Origin: Alphaproteobacteria bacterium
Lineage (GTDB): Bacteria; Pseudomonadota; Alphaproteobacteria; GM7ARS4; G965262615
Assembly (NCBI GenBank): GCA_965262615.1
Contig: OZ253545.1
Span: forward strand, 448,001 to 512,000
DNA length: 64,000 nucleotides
Direction of reading: 5' to 3'
The notes under the pieces were generated by a model. The model had not been told where the DNA came from. It saw only the letters and a list, made by a program, of their open reading frames with translations, and made no database searches. Position 1 is the stretch's first letter; every line of letters begins with the position of its first letter. The translations under genes were made by a program, and so were the position numbers. Below, piece by piece: positions 10,802-19,791 of the stretch.

Positions 10802-10828
10802 TTAGCAGTCTCACCATGTGACTGCTAA
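10802..10828 (+). promoter_or_regulatory. CIRCE operator (HrcA binding site)
   Basis: TTAGCAGTC-N9-GACTGCTAA perfect inverted repeat (consensus TTAGCACTC-N9-GAGTGCTAA) upstream of groES. Confidence 0.9.
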
Positions 10829-10866
10829 TGTTGTGGCAATGTGAATGAATCAAGGAGACAGTAATC

Positions 10867-11160
10867 ATGAGTACACAATTCAAGCCGCTTCATGATCGGG
10901 TGCTGGTGCGCCGTCTTGAGGGCGAGGATAAATCTTCGGGCGGCATTATTATTCCCGACACGGCAAAGGAAAAACCCAGCGAAGGCGAGGTTGTCTCGGT
11001 GGGCGCGGGGGCGATCGCTGAGGATGGCAAGCGTCAGCGGATGGCGGTCAAAGCGGGGGATAAAATTCTCTTCGGCAAGTGGTCTGGCACGGAGGTCAAA
11101 CTCAATGGCGAAGATTTGCTCATCATGAAAGAATCCGATATTTTCGGAATCATCGGTTAA
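10867..11160 (+). CDS. groES: Co-chaperonin GroES
   Basis: [11 protein letters not shown]...[13 protein letters not shown]; SD AAGGAG upstream. Confidence 0.99.
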   Translation: MSTQFKPLHDRVLVRRLEGEDKSSGGIIIPDTAKEKPSEGEVVSVGAGAIAEDGKRQRMAVKAGDKILFGKWSGTEVKLNGEDLLIMKESDIFGIIG

Positions 11161-12812
<1,652 letters not shown>

Positions 12813-12813
<1 letters not shown>

Positions 12814-12848
12814 AGCCTTGAAGCCGTGAGAAGCCGTGAAGCCGTGAG
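12813..12848 (+). repeat. Short imperfect tandem repeat (AAGCCGTG-like, about 4 copies)
   Basis: aagccttg aagccgtgag aagccgtg aagccgtgag immediately after the groEL stop. Confidence 0.7.
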
Positions 12849-12867
12849 TCGTGCCGCAGCAATAAAT

Positions 12868-12920
12868 AAAACCTCTGGGGACACCTTGATTTTGGTTGAG
12901 GACGGTCTCCAGAGGTTTTT
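12868..12920 (+). terminator. Long hairpin with U-tract, probable intrinsic terminator of groESL
   Basis: AAAACCTCTGGGGAC...GTCTCCAGAGGTTTT(T) inverted repeat, pairing completely with one G-U; inner CTTGAT/GTTGAG stem. Confidence 0.7.
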
Positions 12921-12932
12921 GAAATTATAGTG

Positions 12933-14261
12933 ATGTTTACTAAGCCTCTTACAGACATAGATGAAGACGATATTCAAGCTCTTGTGAATCATAAGGAGCA
13001 AGAGAGTGCTGAATTGGAATTCAAGAGAGACATTGAAAGCACCGACAAAGGAAAAAAGAAATTGGCGAAACATGTCTCAGCAATGGCGAATGCCAATGGT
13101 GGCATCATCATTTTTGGAATTGAAGAAAAAGAAAGCAAGGCAGACAAGCTCATTGGCATTGATGAAATGGTTGGCGACCAGCCTGTAGGCGAATTCGTCA
13201 ATAATGTATTGATTTCAAGGGTTCGCCCGCGCCTTGCCGTTCAGCCACAAGCGGTCAAGCTGGCAAATGGAAAGGTTGTATTGGTGTTGCAGGTTTCAAG
13301 AATTCCTTATCGTCCTCACATGGTGCTGGCTGAGAATGTCTATTATGTGAGGCATAATTGTAGTGTCGCCCTCGCCGATGAGCATGAGGTGCGCGCAATG
13401 GTTCTTGAGAGCAAGTCGTCATCCGATGAAGTGAAAGAATTTCTCAAAAAAAGAAAGCTTGATGACAAAGACAGAGAAGATTTTGCTTTGACACCCCTTG
13501 CAAAAAGAATGAGGGAAAATCCTCTCATGGCGAAGCAAATTCCTGAAGGTCATGAAGGCAAGCCATTTGTGCTTTTTGCCAGCTGCCCCAGACATCTTGA
13601 AGAAAGAGTAAATATTGCATCAGGGGCTTTTTATGAGAAGGTCAATAAAAGCAGTTGTTTTAACCTATTTGGTGAAAAAATTGATTTTTTTTATCTGGCT
13701 AGACAGTCACGCATAACCTCCGATAGCCTATCCCGAGTCGCTTACGATGACGAGGGTGAGAGCGAAATTCGCAGATATGTAGAAATTTGCAGAAACGGGT
13801 ATGTGGAAAGAGGATTGTGTCGCGATATTCTTCTTCGGAAGAATGAAAATTCTGAATTGTTATTTCGCACTGCGCGCTTCGTGGCATATTTTTGGGCTTA
13901 TATGACATTCATCAATCGGCTATACAGGGCAATCGGCTATTTTGATGAATTAAATATCATCGTTGCTTTGTCAGATACAAAGGGAATCGCCGCGGCGTTA
14001 TTTGGAAATAAAGATCAAAATCATTATGATGATGACTCTTATGTATCTCGTGCAGGCATTGCACAAGAAGGGAATGCTCTCATTGAAAGTTCTGTTGTTA
14101 TTTCGGAATTGGGGGATGAACAAATAGAAGCAATTGTCAAGGAAGTTGTTGGGCGCGTGTTAAATCATTTCAATAAAAGTATTGAGAAATGCCTTGATGA
14201 AGAAGGAAAATTTGATGAAGAGCGTTTGAAAATGGGTATTCGTGATATGTATTTGCCTTGA
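12933..14261 (+). CDS. Schlafen/AlbA_2 domain protein with uncharacterised C-terminal domain
   Basis: ESAELEFK, SAMANANGGIIIFGI and YYVR motifs of the AlbA_2 (Schlafen core) domain; visibly more AT-rich than the flanks. Confidence 0.85.
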   Translation: MFTKPLTDIDEDDIQALVNHKEQESAELEFKRDIESTDKGKKKLAKHVSAMANANGGIIIFGIEEKESKADKLIGIDEMVGDQPVGEFVNNVLISRVRPRLAVQPQAVKLANGKVVLVLQVSRIPYRPHMVLAENVYYVRHNCSVALADEHEVRAMVLESKSSSDEVKEFLKKRKLDDKDREDFALTPLAKRMRENPLMAKQIPEGHEGKPFVLFASCPRHLEERVNIASGAFYEKVNKSSCFNLFGEKIDFFYLARQSRITSDSLSRVAYDDEGESEIRRYVEICRNGYVERGLCRDILLRKNENSELLFRTARFVAYFWAYMTFINRLYRAIGYFDELNIIVALSDTKGIAAALFGNKDQNHYDDDSYVSRAGIAQEGNALIESSVVISELGDEQIEAIVKEVVGRVLNHFNKSIEKCLDEEGKFDEERLKMGIRDMYLP

Positions 14262-14358
14262 CAAAAAAATTGGTGGTTGTTTTGTTGTCTTGACTTTGTC
14301 CACAGATGTATCCATTTAGTGGGTGTCATGAACACGAACCTTTGTGGGAGGGCGAGAG

Positions 14359-14829
14359 ATGAACGCGCGTAGTGGCGAGTCTATGGGCAATCGCGATCCT
14401 TTTGTCATCGCCAATTATTTGATTGAGAATTATGATGGCGGTCTTAGACCTTTGCAATTAATCAAGTTGGTCTATATCGCGCACGGGTGGTTTTTGGCTT
14501 TTACAAACGGCATTCCGCTTTTGCGGGAGCCTGTTCAGGCGTGGAAGTATGGTCCCGTTGTGCCGAGTCTCTATCATGCCGTCAAAGGAAGCAGAGAAAT
14601 TGTGAAGCTTTTGCCAGGGGCACAGAGCTGGGATATTTTGCATCAAGATGAGCGTAAAATTTTGGACGAGACGCTTGAGCTCTATGGTCATTTTACGGGA
14701 ACGCAACTGTCATCTTTGACTCATCAAAAGGACACTCCGTGGGCTGAAACATGGGATGGCACTTTCTATAATGATATTCCTAATGAATTGATTAGGGATT
14801 ATTATTTGCGGAAAAAAGAAGAAAATTAA
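14359..14829 (+). CDS. Panacea (DUF4065/SocA/GepA-like) antitoxin domain protein
   Basis: IANY, LQLIKLVYIAHG, AWKYGPVVPSLY and LSSLTHQKDTPW motifs; GGAGGG SD before ATG 14359. Confidence 0.9.
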   Translation: MNARSGESMGNRDPFVIANYLIENYDGGLRPLQLIKLVYIAHGWFLAFTNGIPLLREPVQAWKYGPVVPSLYHAVKGSREIVKLLPGAQSWDILHQDERKILDETLELYGHFTGTQLSSLTHQKDTPWAETWDGTFYNDIPNELIRDYYLRKKEEN

Positions 14830-14848
14830 TTTATTGTCAACAAGATTG

Positions 14849-15184
14849 ATGATGAAAAAAGATGAACAATATGTAAAAGGGGTATCGTCCCCTGATGATA
14901 CGGATGAAAGCAAGGCGGATGAAGAAAGCCTTGCTCAAGCGAGGCGATACAGATTTGCAAAAGAAAAAAGAAAAGAGGATAAAAGAAAGCTTATTCATTT
15001 TTTGAGCATGACGCTTATCGGGCTTGCCTTTGCAATTCTTTTCGCTATTCTTATTTTGGGTGCTTCTTATTTGTATTATGGGGGTGAGTCATTAGTCGTT
15101 CAATTTCTTGGTGCTACGGCTGGTTCTATGGTGGGTTCTTTCATAGCTTATCTTGTATGGAACATATATCGCCATGATATCTAA
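14849..15184 (+). CDS. Small protein with charged N-terminus and two C-terminal TM helices; candidate Panacea-cognate toxin
   Basis: Two hydrophobic segments (FLSMTLIGLAFAILFAILILGASYLYY; FLGATAGSMVGSFIAYLVW); 19 nt downstream of the Panacea gene; AT-rich. Confidence 0.6.
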   Translation: MMKKDEQYVKGVSSPDDTDESKADEESLAQARRYRFAKEKRKEDKRKLIHFLSMTLIGLAFAILFAILILGASYLYYGGESLVVQFLGATAGSMVGSFIAYLVWNIYRHDI

Positions 15185-15202
15185 TCGTAAGGATTTTGCA
15201 TT

Positions 15203-16126
15203 ATGGAGATTTTGGTTTTAGGTTCTGGAGCGGGAGGCGGGTCGCCGCAATGGAATTGTGCGTGTGATGTCTCGCGAGCGGTACGGGATGGCGATGCGCC
15301 GCGCCGCACCCAATCATCGGTGGCGGTGTCGGCGGATGGCAACCAGTGGTTTTTGCTCAATGCCTCGCCCGATCTCGGCACGCAAATCTGCGATAACGCC
15401 CCCTTGCATCCTCAAGAAGTTCCCCGTCATAGCCCCATCAAGGGGGTGATTGTCACCAATGGCGATGTGGATCATGTGGCGGGATTGCTCACTCTGCGGG
15501 AGAGTCAGCCGCTCGCATTGTATGGCACAACGCGCGTGCTGAATTTTCTCGCCGACAACAGCATCTTCAATGTGCTCAACAAAGACTATGTGACGCGTCG
15601 TCCCCTCACTTTGCATCAGCCGTTCAGCCTCACCGACCATGACGGCAATGACAGCGGCTTGGAGGTGGAAGCCTTTGCGGTGTCGGGCAAAATTGCCCTG
15701 TGGCTGGAGGATGAGTCCAAAGGTGACAATCTCGGCACTGAGGAGGAAGACACCATCGCCCTGGTCATACGGGATGCCAATTCGGACAAGCGATTTTTCT
15801 ACATTCCCGCCTGTGCCACCGTGACCGATTCCTTACGCCAACGCCTTGAGGGTGCGGCTCTGGTGTTTTTTGATGGCACGGTATGGCACGATAATGAGAT
15901 GGCACAGGCAGGCGTGGGCACAAAAACTGGACAGCGCATGGGGCATATTTGTAACGCCGGAGACAACGGCGCAATGGCATCCTTGGCACCATGTGATATA
16001 GCTCGCAAGGTTTTTATTCATATCAATACCACCAATCCCATTTTGCTGCCGTCATCGCCTGAGCGCAAGCAGGTGGAGGCAAACGGATGGGAAGTGGCGA
16101 ATGATGGTATGCATTTGACACTGTAG
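15203..16126 (+). CDS. pqqB: PQQ biosynthesis protein B
   Basis: LGSGAGGGSPQWNCAC, RTQSS, LLNASPD, DVDHVAGLL, MGH, HINTTNP. Confidence 0.97.
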   Translation: MEILVLGSGAGGGSPQWNCACDVSRAVRDGDAPRRTQSSVAVSADGNQWFLLNASPDLGTQICDNAPLHPQEVPRHSPIKGVIVTNGDVDHVAGLLTLRESQPLALYGTTRVLNFLADNSIFNVLNKDYVTRRPLTLHQPFSLTDHDGNDSGLEVEAFAVSGKIALWLEDESKGDNLGTEEEDTIALVIRDANSDKRFFYIPACATVTDSLRQRLEGAALVFFDGTVWHDNEMAQAGVGTKTGQRMGHICNAGDNGAMASLAPCDIARKVFIHINTTNPILLPSSPERKQVEANGWEVANDGMHLTL

Positions 16127-16195
16127 CTGTGGCTTGATGACTCGTCACCATTCAGGAATTGCTGGATTTGCTGGAAGCAGACGCAAAGTGAGGTA

Positions 16196-17068
16196 TCATC
16201 CAGTAATCAATGAGCGAAAGAGATGAGCATCAGGAATTTTTGTTTTATGCCCGTAAAATAGAATTTCTGCCCCCTTTTTCATTTTATAAGCAAAGTGCTT
16301 CAGAAGATATTTCTCTGACAAAGCCCAACGATACATTTTCCTTATTTGTGGCACATCGTCATACGACACAATCCAGTGAAAATGCTTCATGGATTTTATC
16401 TTGTCCGCAACCTTCTTATGCTGTTCATCATTGTAATGATTCATATACAGCGAACTTCCCTTTGAATAATAGGGGGGGTCAAAATAAAAAATCGTGTTGT
16501 CACCCCATTTGTCCATATCCTCAATGAGCTCTAAAGCGTCTTTGTGATGGAGCGTGATGTTTTTTTTATGCTTGGCTATCAGTCGTATTCTCTCTATGAG
16601 GTTTGTTTTATTGAAGCGACAATCCATTTTGTAATTTCCCTGTTGAGCAATGCCGCCAATAACGCCCGCATTGATAATGCCAGAGCGATTGGTTCTGTTG
16701 AGAAAAAAAGTGGAAAAGCCTAACTCCAAAAGGTCAGCTTGAGCCTTAAGATTAGCTTGAGCCTTGTTTTTTTGTATCTCTTTCGCTTTCCGCCAATGAG
16801 GCATTGTCACGGGTGTTTTTTCTATGCACTCACACAATTCATCCGTGCGATTTAACACACAATACCAAAAAGCATAAATTGAGCTGTCGTAATCGTTGAT
16901 TGTGATTGTTTTGACCTTACCCTCAATCAATAAATACAATGCCACCGCCGCACCGCCAACATAAGGCTCTACATAGTGTCCATCAACGCCATTATCAACG
17001 CATATTTGAGCAATCAAGCGCGCCAATCTATTTTTGCCACCTGGATATCTCAACGGTGAGTAAAACAT
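16196..17068 (-). CDS. Dam-like (D12 class, alpha group) DNA adenine methyltransferase
   Basis: SPLRYPGGK, YVEPYVGGAAV (motif I variant), FFLNRTNRSG, catalytic DPPY, SYD. Confidence 0.92.
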   Translation of the reverse strand: MFYSPLRYPGGKNRLARLIAQICVDNGVDGHYVEPYVGGAAVALYLLIEGKVKTITINDYDSSIYAFWYCVLNRTDELCECIEKTPVTMPHWRKAKEIQKNKAQANLKAQADLLELGFSTFFLNRTNRSGIINAGVIGGIAQQGNYKMDCRFNKTNLIERIRLIAKHKKNITLHHKDALELIEDMDKWGDNTIFYFDPPYYSKGSSLYMNHYNDEQHKKVADKIKSMKHFHWIVSYDDVPQIRKMYRWALSEKYLLKHFAYKMKKGAEILFYGHKTKIPDAHLFRSLITG

Positions 17069-17074
17069 ATCATG

Positions 17075-18493
17075 TCACTTTTTGTCTTTCTGGATTTGAT
17101 TGTACACTATTTCAAAAAATTCCTGCAGGTCGTTCCAACACACCCTCAAATCATTTTCAAGCGGTTTCACATCGTTATCGTGGACATAATAGTGAAAATC
17201 TTCCACAGACAAAAAACGTGTATTTTTGTTGGTAAGATTTTTTACCTTCCTAAATTTTTCACTCCCTATTCCATGTTGATTTTCCAAGTGAGCTGCAACC
17301 TTTTCAATCTTTTTTGTAAGTGCTGTTTTTTTCTCGAAGGAAAAGCCGTATTTTTCGGCGTAAGAATTCACTGTGCCTTCTAAAAAAACCCTAAAAAGAA
17401 CTGCCACTGCATTTGGTGTATCTCTCACCACCAAATGCTTTTTTAATTCTAAATAGATATCATTTACCTTTCCTTTCTCAATTCTTAATGAGAAATTATC
17501 TGGTATTAGATGTTTTCTTTCTGTGCTCCGAGGATTTTCTACAGGTTTGGGGGGGATGACAGGTTTGGGGGGCAGTGGCTTCACTGCTGGTTTTTTCTTT
17601 TGCTGTGATTGCGCGTTCAGATTGGCTATTTCTTCATTAGCCCTTGATATAGATTCATCGTCTATACTATTCAGATATTTTTTTATGTCCTCTTTCAAAT
17701 TAAGAGTACGGCTATTCAAAGCATCTTTCTTACCAACACTTTGATTGGTAAAGATTTCTTTATAGGCTTTTCCATTTACAACATTTAGAATAATAACCTT
17801 CAATTTGTTTTCAAAATTGTCAGTGCCTATTGATAGTTTCCCATTTTCAATCTTGAACTGAAAAAATTCTTTGGACACATCGCGGGTGAGTATTCTCTCG
17901 AATGTATAAGAGAAGCCTCTACTAAATACCTTTTGTTTTATGCCCTCTGGCATATTTAAATCATTAACAATTTTGCGAATTCCTGTTTGCAAAATCGTCT
18001 TATCATCTACTTCTCCAATCCTTTGCTTAAAATTTGCGTTTTCAAAAGAACCCCAATTAAGGTGATTATTTCCATATAAGTGCTTTATTTTAACTTGATC
18101 TATAGCAATTTTTTCATCTTTAGTTACCAAGCAATCCATTGGAAAATCACTTCCAATTTGTGTTGTATCCTTCCCTTCTTCAAAAATTACTTTAACCCTC
18201 TCGTCATCCAAAAGAGATGGGTTCAATAACAATTTGTAAATCATCAAGCGACGATTTCCCTCGTAGCAGATTTTTTCAGTTCCTGAATCAAAAATTATGA
18301 GGGCTTCTGCGGGCGGAAGGTGAAAATACCTAATGATAGCTTCTGTTAGTTCTATCATTTTGTTTTTTCGGGCTTTTTCACTAAACATATAGTGGATAAG
18401 CTCTTTTTCAGACTTTCCAGAAAGGTCGTCAGGAAAGCGGGGATTTCTATCCCATAAAATCATGTCGGTGACCTTAATACTTTCTCTATTCAC
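17075..18493 (-). CDS. ParB/Srx-like N-terminal domain protein with a HEPN/DUF4145-like helical C-terminal domain
   Basis: RNPRF and EGNRR motifs at the N-terminus; Pro/Lys linker; C-terminal NAVAVLFRVFLE...FHYYVH; strongly AT-rich; ends 6 nt before the methyltransferase start. Confidence 0.7.
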   Translation of the reverse strand: MNRESIKVTDMILWDRNPRFPDDLSGKSEKELIHYMFSEKARKNKMIELTEAIIRYFHLPPAEALIIFDSGTEKICYEGNRRLMIYKLLLNPSLLDDERVKVIFEEGKDTTQIGSDFPMDCLVTKDEKIAIDQVKIKHLYGNNHLNWGSFENANFKQRIGEVDDKTILQTGIRKIVNDLNMPEGIKQKVFSRGFSYTFERILTRDVSKEFFQFKIENGKLSIGTDNFENKLKVIILNVVNGKAYKEIFTNQSVGKKDALNSRTLNLKEDIKKYLNSIDDESISRANEEIANLNAQSQQKKKPAVKPLPPKPVIPPKPVENPRSTERKHLIPDNFSLRIEKGKVNDIYLELKKHLVVRDTPNAVAVLFRVFLEGTVNSYAEKYGFSFEKKTALTKKIEKVAAHLENQHGIGSEKFRKVKNLTNKNTRFLSVEDFHYYVHDNDVKPLENDLRVCWNDLQEFFEIVYNQIQKDKK

Positions 18494-18683
18494 AATTAAA
18501 GCCCTTTCTGTGATTGGCTTGCCATTTCATCTTATAAATACAATTTTTTATGCCCTCATGCAATACAACTCGCACACGCGCCACGTCCCCCGCCTGTGGG
18601 ATTGGCAATATTCTGACGGCATTCATCTGACGTTGTCGCTGTTTTTTGTTCATTGTGCCATCATATTGGTGTATTATAACGGC

Positions 18684-19511
18684 ATGATGGATGATTATGT
18701 GAGAGACACAACCGTCTATGTGACCGATGACCTCCCCGTTGTTCCCAACGATGATGGGGTGCGTGCCTTGTCGGAACAGGAGTTTGAAGCCCGTCTGCGC
18801 GCCATTGGGGCGCGCTGTTATCATGACCAGCATCCCTTTCATCATTTGCTGCATGAGGGCGCATTGAATAAGGGGCAGGTTCAGGCGTGGGCACTCAATC
18901 GCTATTATTATCAGATATCCATTCCCATCAAGGACAGTGCGTTGCTCTCGCGTATGCGGAATCGTGAGCTGCGTCAGGTGTGGCTCAAGCGCATCATGGA
19001 TCATGACGGCAGAGCCAAAGAAGAGGGCGGCATCATGCGCTGGTATCGTCTGACCGATGGCTTGGATTTGCCACGCGCCTATGTGCGCTCCACCGCAGGC
19101 ATTCTGCCCGCCACGCGTTTTGCCGTGGATGCCTATGTGCGCTTTGTGCGCGAGCGCAGCTTGCTGGAGGGAATCACCTCCTCTTTGACTGAACTGTTTG
19201 CACCGAAGATTCATCAAGAGCGCATCGTTGGCATGCTGGCGAACTACGATTTTATCAGTGACGATGTGATGGCGTATTTCAAAAAACGCCTTGATCAAGC
19301 CACCGAAGATGCCGATTTTGTGCTCGCGTATGCCTTGCGTCATGCCCGCAGTCGTGAGCAACAAGAAGCCGTGTGTGCGGCGTTGCGCTTCAAGACCGAT
19401 GTTTTGTGGGTGATGCTGGATGCACTTTACCATGCTTACATCACGGGCGGGGTTCCGCTCGGAGCTTTCAAACCTGAGGATTTTGATGAGAGATCGCGTC
19501 ATTCTTACTGA
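18684..19511 (+). CDS. pqqC: Pyrroloquinoline-quinone synthase
   Basis: YHDQHPFH, WALNRYYYQ..IPIKD, RIMDHDG, ATRFAVDAY, SSLTELFAP, FKTDVLW.MLDAL. Start trimmed from ORF 18462. Confidence 0.96.
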   Translation: MMDDYVRDTTVYVTDDLPVVPNDDGVRALSEQEFEARLRAIGARCYHDQHPFHHLLHEGALNKGQVQAWALNRYYYQISIPIKDSALLSRMRNRELRQVWLKRIMDHDGRAKEEGGIMRWYRLTDGLDLPRAYVRSTAGILPATRFAVDAYVRFVRERSLLEGITSSLTELFAPKIHQERIVGMLANYDFISDDVMAYFKKRLDQATEDADFVLAYALRHARSREQQEAVCAALRFKTDVLWVMLDALYHAYITGGVPLGAFKPEDFDERSRHSY

Positions 19512-19791
19512 GTCTCATGTGGTGTCGTTTGCCTCCCATGCGCGTTTGCACTTCAATGAGCCGCGCCAGCAGTGGGTGATTCTGGGGCCCGAGCGGTTGC
19601 TTGAGCCCGATGAGACGGCGGTGGCGATTTTGCGTCTGTTGGATGGCACACGCTCCATTGCCATGATGGTGGATAAGCTGGTCGCGCAGTATCGTGATGC
19701 ACCGCGTGAGCAAATCACTAAGGATGTGTTGTCTTTGCTTCAGGGACTACTAGATAAGGGGTTTATTTGTCATGAGCCAGTTACAGTCTGA
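19486..19791 (+). CDS. pqqD: PQQ biosynthesis peptide chaperone
   Basis: WVILGPER, IL.LLDG.RS; about 100 aa between pqqC and pqqE; GAGGA SD. Confidence 0.92.
   Translation: MRDRVILTESHVVSFASHARLHFNEPRQQWVILGPERLLEPDETAVAILRLLDGTRSIAMMVDKLVAQYRDAPREQITKDVLSLLQGLLDKGFICHEPVTV

Noticed and set aside
14296-14304. TTGTCCACA, DnaA-box-like
   Set aside because: Single imperfect box with no cluster or origin context.
16127-16195. Short coding-like stretch LVTIQELLDLLEADAK* after pqqB
   Set aside because: Too short, has no start codon and is not PqqA-like; cannot be supported as a gene remnant.
12930-18560. Prophage or IS element explanation for the AT-rich islets
   Set aside because: No phage structural, integrase or transposase genes, and no terminal inverted repeats recognised.
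18462-18683. 74-aa N-terminal extension of pqqC
   Set aside because: Overlaps the divergent ParB-like gene start and AT-rich intergenic DNA; PqqC similarity begins after 18684.
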